A DNA stretch of 59,420 nt from Chloroflexota bacterium. Lineage in GTDB: Bacteria; Chloroflexota; Dehalococcoidia; UBA2979. The translations under genes were made by a program, and so were the position numbers. The stretch spans positions 1-59,420 of the forward strand of contig VXTU01000140.1 in assembly GCA_009837285.1 (NCBI GenBank). The letters are read 5' to 3'. This document shows positions 50,557 to 59,272 of the stretch, piece after piece; the stretch's first letter is position 1, and each line of letters begins with the position of its first letter. The notes below the pieces were generated by a model that did not search any database, was not told the DNA's origin, and was given only the letters and a program-made list of their open reading frames with translations.

Positions 50557-52785
50557 ATGACCGCGACGCATGACGTGCTGCAGGGCCTGAACGACGCGCA
50601 ACGGCGCGCCGTCGAGGTGCCCGGCGGGGCGCTGCTGATCCTCGCCGGCCCCGGCTCCGGGAAGACCCGCGTGATCGCGCACCGCATCGCCTACCTCGTG
50701 CGCGAGCGCGACGTCGCGCCGTGGCGCGTGCTGGCCGTGACCTTCACCAACAAGGCCGCAAACGAGATGCGCGAGCGCGTCGAGGACCTGCTGGGTACCG
50801 AGGGCCTCGATGTGGCGATGGGAACGTTCCACTCGTTCTGCGCACGCGTGCTGCGTCGCGACGGCGAGGCCATCGGCGTCCCCTCGGACTACGCGATCTA
50901 CGCCACCGACGACCAGCTCGCCGTGGTGCGCGAGGCGATGGAGACGCTCAACGTCGACCCGAAGCGCTGGACGCCGCGCACGGTGCTGTCAGCCATCTCG
51001 CGCGCGAAGAACGAGCGCCGCGACGCCTCGGCCACGCTGCGCGACGCCGGGTCGTACTTCGAGGAGATCGTGGGGCGCGTCTTCGAGCGCTACCAGGCGG
51101 TGCTGCGCGAGTATGGCGCGCTCGACTTCGACGACCTGCTCGGCGAGGCGCTGCGGCTGTTCGAGGAGCACCCGGACGTCCGCGAGCGCCACGGCGACCG
51201 CTACCGCCACATCCTCATCGACGAGTTCCAGGACACCAACCTCACCCAGTACCAGCTCGCAGGGCTGCTCGCCGACGTACACGGCAACATCACCGCGGTC
51301 GGTGACCCGGACCAGTCGATCTACTCGTGGCGCGCGGCCGACCTGCGCAACCTGCTGCACTTCGAGCGCGACTTCCCGGACGCGCAGGTGATCCTGCTGG
51401 AGCAGAACTATCGCTCGACCGGCCGCATCCTGCGCTCCGCACACTCCCTCATATCCGGGGCGAAGGACCGCCGCGAGCGCTCGCTGTGGACCAACAACCC
51501 GGACGGCGAGCCGGTGGTCGTCGAGGAGCTCTTCGACGCCGACGAGGAGGGCCACTTCGTCGCGCTCGAAATCGGGCGGCTGATGGGCGAACAGCGGCGC
51601 GAGTTCGCCGACTTCGCGGTGATGTACCGCACCAACGCCCAGTCACGCGCCTTCGAGGAGGCCTGCATTCAGCAGGGCATCCGCTACCGCATCGTCGGCG
51701 GCACGCGCTTCTACGACCGTCGCGAGGTGCGGGACCTGCTCGCGTACCTGCGGCTGATCCGCAACCACGCCGATGGCGTCGCCTTCCGCCGCATCGTCAA
51801 CGTCCCCGGCCGCGGCATCGGCGACCGCACGCTGGAGCGGCTACGCGAGGCGTCGGAGCAGCTCGAGCTGCCGCTGCTGGCCGTCGCTGCGCGCATCGCG
51901 CGAGGCGACGAGGATCCGGCGCTGCCGCAGCTGCGAGGCGACATCCGCCTCGCCCTGCGCGACTTCGTCGCCCTCGTCGACCGCCTCACCGACGCCGCCG
52001 AGGAGCAGTCCGTCGCCACGCTGCTGGAGACGGTGCTCGCCGAGACGCGCTACCACCAGTACCTCGAACGCAACGACGAGGACCACGCCGAGGTGCGCTG
52101 GGAGAACGTGCAGGAGCTCGTCAACGTCGCCTCGCAGTACCAGGACCTCGAACCCGCCGCCTCACTCGCCTCGTTCCTTGAGGAGGTGGCGCTCGTCGCC
52201 GATGTCGACGACCCCTCGGCGGATGCCCCGGACGCGGTGACGCTGACGACGCTCCACGCCGCGAAGGGCCTCGAGTTCCCGGTGGTGTTCATGCCCGGCA
52301 TGGAGGAGGGGCTGCTCCCGCACTCGCTGTCGATGGACGAGCCGGCGCAGATGGAGGAGGAGCGCCGCGTCTGCTACGTCGGCATGACGCGGGCGCGCGA
52401 GCGGCTCTACCTCACCCACGCGCGCCGGCGCATGCGACAGGGCCGCTACTCCGGCGCGATCGCGTCCAGGTTCCTCGACGACCTGCCGATCGAGGACACC
52501 GCGCGCGCCCGCACCACCCGCGGGACGCGCCCGGCCGAGACGGCGCGCGAGCGGCGCGCGGCGTACGCCGCCCGCCAGGCCGAGGGCTGGGGCGATGACG
52601 ATACCGCCGGGGACGAGGAGCCGCGCTACAGCCCGGGCGACCGCGTACGTCACGCCACCTTCGGCGTCGGCGTTGTCGTCTCGTGCGAGGTCGAGCGCGG
52701 CGACCAGCGCGTCACGGTCGCGTTCGAAGGGCAGGGCGTGAAGAAGCTGCTGCTGTCGATCGCGCCGCTGGAGCCGGCCGAGTAG
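50557..52785 (+). CDS. pcrA: ATP-dependent DNA helicase PcrA/UvrD
   Basis: GPGSGKT, DEFQDTN, QNYRST, TLHAAKGLEFPVVF and VGMTRAR are present, with a C-terminal Tudor-like GDRVRHATFGVGVV. Confidence 0.95.
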   Translation: MTATHDVLQGLNDAQRRAVEVPGGALLILAGPGSGKTRVIAHRIAYLVRERDVAPWRVLAVTFTNKAANEMRERVEDLLGTEGLDVAMGTFHSFCARVLRRDGEAIGVPSDYAIYATDDQLAVVREAMETLNVDPKRWTPRTVLSAISRAKNERRDASATLRDAGSYFEEIVGRVFERYQAVLREYGALDFDDLLGEALRLFEEHPDVRERHGDRYRHILIDEFQDTNLTQYQLAGLLADVHGNITAVGDPDQSIYSWRAADLRNLLHFERDFPDAQVILLEQNYRSTGRILRSAHSLISGAKDRRERSLWTNNPDGEPVVVEELFDADEEGHFVALEIGRLMGEQRREFADFAVMYRTNAQSRAFEEACIQQGIRYRIVGGTRFYDRREVRDLLAYLRLIRNHADGVAFRRIVNVPGRGIGDRTLERLREASEQLELPLLAVAARIARGDEDPALPQLRGDIRLALRDFVALVDRLTDAAEEQSVATLLETVLAETRYHQYLERNDEDHAEVRWENVQELVNVASQYQDLEPAASLASFLEEVALVADVDDPSADAPDAVTLTTLHAAKGLEFPVVFMPGMEEGLLPHSLSMDEPAQMEEERRVCYVGMTRARERLYLTHARRRMRQGRYSGAIASRFLDDLPIEDTARARTTRGTRPAETARERRAAYAARQAEGWGDDDTAGDEEPRYSPGDRVRHATFGVGVVVSCEVERGDQRVTVAFEGQGVKKLLLSIAPLEPAE

Positions 52786-52796
52786 GCGGAGTGGCG

Positions 52797-53633
52797 CTAC
52801 CCGCCGAGGAGCGCGGCGAGCGCTGCATCGTCGACGGCCGCGGCCATCAGCTCTCCGATGCGCTCGACCTTCGCCTCGTGGCCGAACGGCGAGCGCCCGA
52901 AGCTACCCTCGATGTCTCGCACCGTCTCGACCGTACCCTCGGGCGCGACGAGCAGCGTCGTGCCGCGCGAGGCGGCGACGCGGTCGAGCAGGTAGGGGCT
53001 CGGCTCGGAGCCGCCGCTCAGGATGAGGCACACCGGGTCGACACGCATCGCCGCGAGGGCCACGTCGACCTTCTCGGCGCGCGTGACCACGGCGCTGTCG
53101 GGGTAACGCCCGAAGTAGTCGTCACCCTCGACCGGCGCGATCGGCCCGACGACGATGTGCTGGCAGATGGCCGCGTCGCCTTCAGTCGAGCGCACCACGA
53201 CCTGCGCGCGGCTGGCCTCCACGAGCTCCCCAACCATCGGCGCGGCGAGCGTGCGGTCCTCGGGGATGCGCAGCGGGCCCGCGTCGTCGGCATGCGTCGT
53301 GAGGTGCAGGACGCCGCCGCCCGGCGCGTCAGAGCCCTCGCGGCCCACGGTCACGAGTCGAGCGCCCTGTTGCGCGGCGAGCGCGCCCGCGTCGGCGCCG
53401 GCGGGCGCCTCGACGACGGTCACGGCGGCGCTACCCGCGGCGATGTCCGCCCCGTCGACGGCCTCGGCGAAGTCGAGCATGCCGAAGGTGGCAGCGTCGG
53501 CCGCCGCGCGGTCGTCGCTGCCCAGGCGGGCGATGCGCACGGCGCGGCCGGAGTACGCGATGCGGTGCGCGAGGCCGACGGCGACCGTCGTCGCGCCCGC
53601 ACCCGGCTGCCCCGCCACCACGATCACCGGCAT
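52797..53633 (-). CDS. Pta-N-terminal-like protein (P-loop-like AAA_26 region plus a DRTGG-type domain)
   Basis: MPVIVVAGQPGAGATTVAVGLA is at the N-terminus. The C-terminal half carries VVTRAEKVDVALAAMRVDPVCLILSGG, as in DRTGG domains. Recognition is moderate. Confidence 0.5.
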   Translation of the reverse strand: MPVIVVAGQPGAGATTVAVGLAHRIAYSGRAVRIARLGSDDRAAADAATFGMLDFAEAVDGADIAAGSAAVTVVEAPAGADAGALAAQQGARLVTVGREGSDAPGGGVLHLTTHADDAGPLRIPEDRTLAAPMVGELVEASRAQVVVRSTEGDAAICQHIVVGPIAPVEGDDYFGRYPDSAVVTRAEKVDVALAAMRVDPVCLILSGGSEPSPYLLDRVAASRGTTLLVAPEGTVETVRDIEGSFGRSPFGHEAKVERIGELMAAAVDDAALAALLGG

Positions 53634-53655
53634 GTCAGCATCCCGTCGAAATGGT

Positions 53656-53731
53656 TGGTGCCGAGGGGCAGAGTCGAACTGCCGACACCACGATTTTCAG
53701 TCGTGTGCTCTACCAACTGAGCTACCTCGGC
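53656..53731 (-). tRNA. tRNA-Phe (anticodon GAA) with an encoded CCA
   Basis: The cloverleaf was folded by hand. The acceptor stem is GCCGAGG/CCTCGGC and the D stem is GCTC/GAGC. The anticodon stem is CACGA/TCGTG with loop CTGAAAA. The T stem is GGCAG/CTGCC with loop TTCGACT. The discriminator is A, followed by CCA. Total length is 76 nt. Confidence 0.95.
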
Positions 53732-53854
53732 ACAGCCCGGACAGCGTAGTTTACGGCGATCTCGCGGACAACAGCGGACGGTCGCGAGGGCGTACCATGG
53801 ATCGTGCAACAGCGCGTGTCCGCGCCCGCTCCCGCCGAGTGATCGGAGACCGTC

Positions 53855-54511
53855 ATGGTGTGGTTCTACCAGAAGCAGATCGAGATGCCCTCGCCCGAGG
53901 AGGCATTGCGAGGCCGCGAGGTGCGGATCCCGGTGCCGGAGATGCACTTCGTCAACGGCAACCCCCTCGAGCCGCCCTTCCCGGAGGGGCTGGAGATGGC
54001 CATGTTCGGCATGGGCTGCTTCTGGGGCGCCGAGCGCGTCTTCTGGCAGGCGCCGGGCGTCTACACCACGGCCGTCGGCTACGCGGCCGGCTACACGCCG
54101 AACCCGACGTACGAGGAGGTCTGTAGCGGCCGCACGGGCCATAACGAGGTCGTGCTCGCCGTGTGCGACCCCTCGGTCATCAGCTACGACGAGATCCTGA
54201 AGCTGTTCTGGGAGAACCACGACCCCACGCAGGGGATGCGCCAGGGCAACGACGTCGGCACGCAGTACCGCTCCGGCATCTACTGCTACTCGCCGGAGCA
54301 GTTCAAGGCAGCCGAGCGCTCGCGCGACATGTTCCAGGAGGTGCTGAGCGCCCACCGCTACGGCCCGATTACCACGGAGATCATCGACGCGCCGGAGTTC
54401 TACTACGCCGAGGACTACCACCAGCAGTACCTGGCGAAGGTGCCGAACGGCTACTGCGGCCTCGGCGGCACCGGGCTGAGCTGTCCCGTCGGCGTGGCCG
54501 AGATGGGGTAG
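53855..54511 (+). CDS. msrA: Peptide methionine (S)-sulfoxide reductase
   Basis: The active site [22 protein letters not shown] and the C-terminal YCGLGGTG are present. Confidence 0.95.
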   Translation: MVWFYQKQIEMPSPEEALRGREVRIPVPEMHFVNGNPLEPPFPEGLEMAMFGMGCFWGAERVFWQAPGVYTTAVGYAAGYTPNPTYEEVCSGRTGHNEVVLAVCDPSVISYDEILKLFWENHDPTQGMRQGNDVGTQYRSGIYCYSPEQFKAAERSRDMFQEVLSAHRYGPITTEIIDAPEFYYAEDYHQQYLAKVPNGYCGLGGTGLSCPVGVAEMG

Positions 54512-54535
54512 CGCCTCGTCCACGCCCTCGCGCCC

Positions 54536-54570
54536 TGCTAGAATGCACGCAGTGATTGCAATGCAATCAC
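54536..54570 (+). promoter_or_regulatory. Extended -10 (TGCTAGAAT) followed by a perfect 9-bp inverted repeat GTGATTGCA-A-TGCAATCAC (candidate promoter and operator of the second vapBC module)
   Basis: Read directly. TGCTAGAAT is at 54536..54544 and the palindrome at 54552..54570. GAGGAGGG follows and then GTG 54588. Confidence 0.5.
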
Positions 54571-54587
54571 GTACGTGAGGAGGGCGC

Positions 54588-54833
54588 GTGGCCAGCATCA
54601 CCATCCGCAACCTCGACGATGAGGTGAAGCAGCGGCTGCGCGTACGCGCCGCCGAGCATGGGCGATCTATGGAGCACGAAGCGCGCGAAATCCTCCGGGC
54701 TGCGCTCGCACAGACGCCCCAAACCGGAGAAGAGTTGTATCGCGCGATTCGCGCTCGGGTGGAGCCTATCGGTGGGATCGAACTCGAGCTGCCGCCACGT
54801 GAACCGATGCGCGAGCCGCCCACCTTCGACTAA
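54588..54833 (+). CDS. vapB: FitA/VapB-type antitoxin (Arc/RHH-like)
   Basis: MASITIRNLDDEVKQRLRVRAAEHGRSMEHEAREILRAAL is the typical FitA/StbC-like N-terminus. Confidence 0.85.
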   Translation: MASITIRNLDDEVKQRLRVRAAEHGRSMEHEAREILRAALAQTPQTGEELYRAIRARVEPIGGIELELPPREPMREPPTFD

Positions 54834-54844
54834 GCAGTCGCGGG

Positions 54845-55264
54845 ATGATCATCCTTGATACGAATGTCGTCTCGGACATTATCGGTCCCGCGCCCTCGCC
54901 GACTGTAGCCGCCTGGCTCGGCAGGCAGCCAGCGGACGACGTATTCGTGTCCGCAGTGACTGAAGCCGAGTTGCGGTATGGGGCAGAGATTCTCCCGGCG
55001 GGTCGGCGGCGAGACAGGCTGCTTTCCGAGATCGAAGACATCCTCGGCAGGGACTTCGCCGGCCGCATTCTCCCGTTCGGCTCCATCGCTGCCCAAGCGT
55101 ACGCGGCCATCGTCGCCGCGCGGAGGGCCGCCGGGCGCCCCATAACCCCGTTCGACGCACAGATCGCAGCGATCGCGCGCTCCCTCGGCGCGTCCGTAGC
55201 GACGCGTGACAGAGGAGGCTTCGAGGGGACCGGCGTCGACATCATCGACCCCTGGGGCGACTGA
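54845..55264 (+). CDS. vapC: PIN-domain toxin VapC/FitB type
   Basis: MIILDTNVVSD, AVTEAELRYG, PFD..AAQ and IAAIARSLGASVATRD are present. Confidence 0.9.
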   Translation: MIILDTNVVSDIIGPAPSPTVAAWLGRQPADDVFVSAVTEAELRYGAEILPAGRRRDRLLSEIEDILGRDFAGRILPFGSIAAQAYAAIVAARRAAGRPITPFDAQIAAIARSLGASVATRDRGGFEGTGVDIIDPWGD

Positions 55265-55265
55265 C

Positions 55266-56246
55266 CTACGGCGCGAGCGCGTCCGCGACCTCCTCGAAGT
55301 CCGGCAGGCGCGGCAGTAGCAGTGGGTGGTCGACGCCCGCCTCGCGGTACTCCTCGGTGCGCTCGCGGATGCGCCCGGCATCGCCGACGAGCGTGCACGC
55401 CTCGGCCACCTCGTCGCCGATGAGCTGAGCGCCTGCGTCGCGGTCGCCCGCGGCGTCCGCCGCCCGCAGGGCATCGAGGTTCCCGAGGTCGAGGCCGCCC
55501 CATTCGGCCATCAGCTCGCCGACGTGCGGCTCGGCCATGATGCCCGCGAGCCGCGCGCGCAACTGCGGCAGCATCGAGGCAGGGTCATCGGTCAGCCGCA
55601 CCACGAGCATGCATGCGATGTCGATCGCGTCCGGGTCGCGGCCGGCCTCCTCGGCGCCCGCGCGCACCTCGGCCACCGCGCGTGGGATGTAAGCCGCCGG
55701 AACGTAGGCGTTGAGGAGCACGCCGTCGGCAACAGCGCCCGCCAGTCGCAGCGCGCGAGGCCCGATCGCGGCCACGTAGATCGGCGTCGGGCGCAGCGGC
55801 CTCACGGCGAGAGCCGCCTCGCGCAACGCGAACGGGCCCTCGTATTCGACAGTCTCGCGCGCGAGCAATCGACGGATCACGTCGACGGCCTCGCCGAGCG
55901 TCTCGCGTGGACGCTCGTACGGGATGCCGAACGTGCCCTCGATCACGCCCGCGTCGCTGCGTCCCAGGCCGAGCAGCAGCCGCCCCGCCGAGAGCCGATC
56001 CACGGTCGCGGCGCCCATCGCGACGAGGCCGGGGTGCCGCGTGTACGGGTTCACCACGCCCACGCCCAGCTCGATGCTTTCGGTCGCAGCGGCGAGGAAG
56101 CCGAGGAGTGAGAACGTCTCCTCCTGGAAGTAGCGCTCCGTCACCCACAGGGAGTCGTAGCCGCGGTACTCGGCGAGCCGGGCGCGTCGCGCCAGCGCGG
56201 TGCCACCCTCGATGCCGTGGTGCAGGACCATCCCAATTTGAGCCAC
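55266..56246 (-). CDS. Luciferase-like monooxygenase (LLM) class oxidoreductase, possibly F420-dependent
   Basis: YDSLWVTERYF, VGVVNPYTRHP and RLLLGLGRS are present. The cofactor is not determinable from sequence. Confidence 0.8.
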   Translation of the reverse strand: MAQIGMVLHHGIEGGTALARRARLAEYRGYDSLWVTERYFQEETFSLLGFLAAATESIELGVGVVNPYTRHPGLVAMGAATVDRLSAGRLLLGLGRSDAGVIEGTFGIPYERPRETLGEAVDVIRRLLARETVEYEGPFALREAALAVRPLRPTPIYVAAIGPRALRLAGAVADGVLLNAYVPAAYIPRAVAEVRAGAEEAGRDPDAIDIACMLVVRLTDDPASMLPQLRARLAGIMAEPHVGELMAEWGGLDLGNLDALRAADAAGDRDAGAQLIGDEVAEACTLVGDAGRIRERTEEYREAGVDHPLLLPRLPDFEEVADALAP

Positions 56247-56320
56247 GCCGCCTCCCGCCGAGCGCTCGCAGCGTCGGGCAGGCGCGGGCGCACGTCAACG
56301 CCGAGCGGTGCGCCGAGGGC

Positions 56321-56923
56321 TCAGCGGCGAATGAGGCTACCGCCGACGTCAGGAGCGGGCCGGTCGAACGGCTCGTAGTCCGCGCGCGGCCGTCCCAGCG
56401 CGACGAGGGCTTGCGGTCGCCAACCGTCGGGCAGGTCGAGCACGTCGCGGACAGCGTCCTGCGCGTAGAGCGGGGCGGCCATCCAGTACGCGCCGAGGCC
56501 GCGCGCGCTCGCTTCCAGCAGCAGGTTCTGCAGCGCCGCACCGAACGAGTGCGCCGCCATCGTCCACTCCGCGCGGTCGCGGCGCTCATCCGGGTATACG
56601 GCGAGCCCGTCGCCGACGATGCAGCCGAGCAGCAGCGTCGGGGCGCCCTCGACGCGGCGGCGCGAGCGTTCGAGGGCGCGCGCCTGCTGCGCCTCCGGGA
56701 CGCCGTCGGAGGTCATGTCCGCACGCCACACCTCGCCCATCGCCCCGGCAAGCGCGGCGCGCCGCGCGTGCGTGACCTCGGCGAAGCGCCACGGCGTGGT
56801 GTGGTGCGGGGCAGGCGCGAGCAGCGCCAACTCGACGAGTGCCTCGACTTCCTCAGCCGACAGCGGAGGGCCATCGAGGCCGCGAATGGAGCGGCGCGCG
56901 CGGATGCCGTCGGCGAGGCTCAT
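56321..56923 (-). CDS. Nitroreductase-family protein
   Basis: IRARRSIRG, APAPHHTTPWRF and a C-terminal GYW-type region are present. Confidence 0.8.
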   Translation of the reverse strand: MSLADGIRARRSIRGLDGPPLSAEEVEALVELALLAPAPHHTTPWRFAEVTHARRAALAGAMGEVWRADMTSDGVPEAQQARALERSRRRVEGAPTLLLGCIVGDGLAVYPDERRDRAEWTMAAHSFGAALQNLLLEASARGLGAYWMAAPLYAQDAVRDVLDLPDGWRPQALVALGRPRADYEPFDRPAPDVGGSLIRR

Positions 56924-56995
56924 GGCGCGAATCTACACCGCTGCTTGCTCAGTGGGTCGCTGCCGCCCCCTGCTGGTACGATCCGTGCCGTCGCT

Positions 56996-57442
56996 ATGAC
57001 GCATCGAGGAGGCCCCGTGCCAGTACCAGACCTCGACGAGTGGCGCAGCAACCTGGAGACCCCTGCGCACCGCGCGCTCGGGTTGCGCGCCGACCGGATC
57101 GAGTCGGGCTACGCCAGCTTCGTCGTGGAGCGCCCCGAGGGCGGCGACGACCTTTTGGTGCGCAGCGCGATCAACATCGCCGCCGACATCGCCGCGATCT
57201 CGGCGGTCCGCGCGCGCATCGACGACGACCTGCAGTTGCCGAACGGCACCGCCGAGCTCCACCTCTCGTTCATCGGTGACCCGCCCGACGTCACCACAGT
57301 CGACGCGCAGGTGATCCACTGGACCGACTACACGGCGCACCTCGAACTCCAGGCGCGCACGCCGGACGGCGAGCTGGCGGCCGTCGGCCTCACGACCTAC
57401 TCGCTGCGCCCGCTCCCGCCGGGCGGCGGTCAGTCCTCGTGA
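56996..57442 (+). CDS. PaaI-family hotdog-fold thioesterase, copy 1
   Basis: It has the typical length and layout, including HRALGLRADRIESGYASFVV. The start is ATG 56996, after TGGTACGAT at 56964..56972. Confidence 0.6.
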   Translation: MTHRGGPVPVPDLDEWRSNLETPAHRALGLRADRIESGYASFVVERPEGGDDLLVRSAINIAADIAAISAVRARIDDDLQLPNGTAELHLSFIGDPPDVTTVDAQVIHWTDYTAHLELQARTPDGELAAVGLTTYSLRPLPPGGGQSS

Positions 57443-57894
57443 CTTCCTCGCCCGAGCCACGCTGGCCGGCCGACCCGATCGAGGCGGTCGCCGCCCACTG
57501 GCAGCGAGAGCCGTTCTTCGCGCTGTTCAAGGTCGCCGTCGAGGCACTCGACGAGGGCTACGCACGCATCGGCGTGGACCGCGACGACATGCCGCTGCGC
57601 GGCGTGCGCGACTCCATCAACGGCGGCGTTGTTGGCTCGCTCGGCGAGGCGGCGGCGCGGCTCTGCCTGACCACGCAACTCGCGCCCGAAGAGAGCCTCG
57701 GCGCGACACACGAAGTGAGCGTCTCCTACCTCACCTCGGCGCGCGGCGAGCACACCACCGCCGAGGCGCGTCTGCTGCGTCGCGGCAGGCGCATCGCCGT
57801 CGCCGACGTCGAGCTGCGTGACACGATGGACGGCGCGATCAACGCCAAGATCCGCGTCTCGATGGGCATCGAGCGCGCCGAGGCCTCCTCGTAA
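57439..57894 (+). CDS. PaaI-family hotdog-fold thioesterase, copy 2
   Basis: PFFALFKVAVEALDEGYARIGV, NGGVVGSLGEAA and GRRIAVADVELRD are typical of PaaI. The GTG start overlaps the stop of copy 1 (GTGA). Confidence 0.7.
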   Translation: MTSSPEPRWPADPIEAVAAHWQREPFFALFKVAVEALDEGYARIGVDRDDMPLRGVRDSINGGVVGSLGEAAARLCLTTQLAPEESLGATHEVSVSYLTSARGEHTTAEARLLRRGRRIAVADVELRDTMDGAINAKIRVSMGIERAEASS

Positions 57895-57975
57895 GCACTT
57901 CCACCGCTCAGCGGGTGTCGCGCGCGGTCGGGGCGTCATGCGGTACGATCGCTGCATAACGTGGAAGGTGGGCGC

Positions 57976-58812
57976 ATGCCCCGCTACCTGATCGTGGCAG
58001 ACCAGACCGTGACGAGCCCGGACCTCGTCGCACGCGCCTCACAGCTCCAGCGGGCCGAGCCCGACTCGACGTTCTCGCTGCTGCTGCCCGCCCTCCTGCC
58101 CTCGCACATCCGCGGCGGGCCGTTCGACGCGGTCACGCGCGGCCGCGCCGAGCAGGCGAAGCGGCTGCTGGGCGCCGCCGGCATTGAGGTCGCGCGCACT
58201 GCCGTGGGCGATGCTGCCCCATTGCTCGCGATCGAGGACGAGCTCTCCGAGCATTCCGATTCGTACGACACGATCATCCTGTGCACCCTGCCGGAGGGCA
58301 TCTCGCGCTGGCTGCGCATGAACGTCCACGGCGAGGCCGCCGAGCGCTTCGGCCTGCCCGTCATCCACGTCGAGGCGCGGATGGCGACGCGGCTCGAGTT
58401 CCGTCGCGCTACGCTCCACGACCACGAGCGCATCCAGGCGCTGTGGGACGAGTCCCGCCTCGACACCGTCGACGAGCACGAGTGGGACACGCTCATCACC
58501 AGTCCCGGCGCGATCGTGCTCGTGGCCGAGGAGGAGGGCGCGCTCGTCGGCGCGATCGTCGCGACCTTCGACGGGTGGCGGGCGTACGTCTACCACGTCG
58601 CCGTCGTGCCAGGGCGGCGTCGCCGCGGCGTCGCCAAGGCCCTGTTCGACGAGGCGCAGGCGCACCTCGCGCGCGAGGGCAACCGCATCGTCTACGTGAT
58701 GGTGAACGAGGAGAACGAGGGCGGCATGGCCTTGCTCCACTCGCTCGGCTACCGCCAGCAGGGCGACATCGTCATGGTCAACGAGATCGGCGACGAAGCC
58801 GACGCCGACTAG
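57976..58812 (+). CDS. Fusion of a USP-like alpha/beta domain (~135 aa) to a GNAT N-acetyltransferase
   Basis: The N-terminal part reads MPRYLIVADQTVTSPDL...IILCTLPEGISRWLRMNV...GLPVIHV. The C-terminal part reads HVAVVPGRRRRGVAKALF (the GNAT acetyl-CoA motif). No stop codon separates the two parts, and there is an internal in-frame ATG at 58381. Confidence 0.7.
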   Translation: MPRYLIVADQTVTSPDLVARASQLQRAEPDSTFSLLLPALLPSHIRGGPFDAVTRGRAEQAKRLLGAAGIEVARTAVGDAAPLLAIEDELSEHSDSYDTIILCTLPEGISRWLRMNVHGEAAERFGLPVIHVEARMATRLEFRRATLHDHERIQALWDESRLDTVDEHEWDTLITSPGAIVLVAEEEGALVGAIVATFDGWRAYVYHVAVVPGRRRRGVAKALFDEAQAHLAREGNRIVYVMVNEENEGGMALLHSLGYRQQGDIVMVNEIGDEADAD

Positions 58813-58836
58813 CAGCGTCGAGGCTTACTCGGCGGC

Positions 58837-59205
58837 TTACTGCCGCGCGAGCGTCTGCCCCACCCACACCGCCGCGAGCGCGCCCGTCACGCTCAGCACG
58901 ACATTGAGCGCCGCGTAGGTCCACTCGCCGTCCTGCGCCAGCCGCAGCGTCTCGATGCTGAACGTCGAGAAGGTCGTGTACGAGCCGAGCAGACCGACGA
59001 GCAGCGCGGTGCGCAGCTCGGCGGGCATGCCAGTGCGCTCGGCGAGGAACGTGGCGAGGAAGCCGATGGCGAACGAGCCGGTGACGTTCACGGTGAGCGT
59101 CGCGGCCGGGAACGTCTCGGGCTGCACGACGCGGCCCACCCCGTAGCGCAGCAGCGCCCCGGCCGCACCAGCCACCGCGATCAGCGCGAGTTGCATCGCC
59201 GCCAC
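58837..59205 (-). CDS. crcB: Fluoride ion channel CrcB/FluC
   Basis: LLRYG, VNVTGSFAIGF and GSYTTFSTFS are present in a 122-aa protein with four TM segments. Confidence 0.92.
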   Translation of the reverse strand: MAAMQLALIAVAGAAGALLRYGVGRVVQPETFPAATLTVNVTGSFAIGFLATFLAERTGMPAELRTALLVGLLGSYTTFSTFSIETLRLAQDGEWTYAALNVVLSVTGALAAVWVGQTLARQ

Positions 59206-59272
59206 GCTACGAGCCGCGCGGCGTCTGGGCCAGCATGCTGTGGGCCTACCGACACCGAGCGAGCCTCCCGAA

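Noticed and set aside
53634-53860. Integration at tRNA-Phe (a genomic island boundary).
   Set aside because: No integrase and no direct repeat of the tRNA 3-prime end was found on either side. The neighbouring genes (DRTGG protein, msrA) have native composition.
58813-58841. Direct repeat GGCTTACT x2 between the GNAT and crcB stops.
   Set aside because: It is only 8 bp with two copies in a 24-nt spacer, and there is no accompanying structure. It is probably chance.
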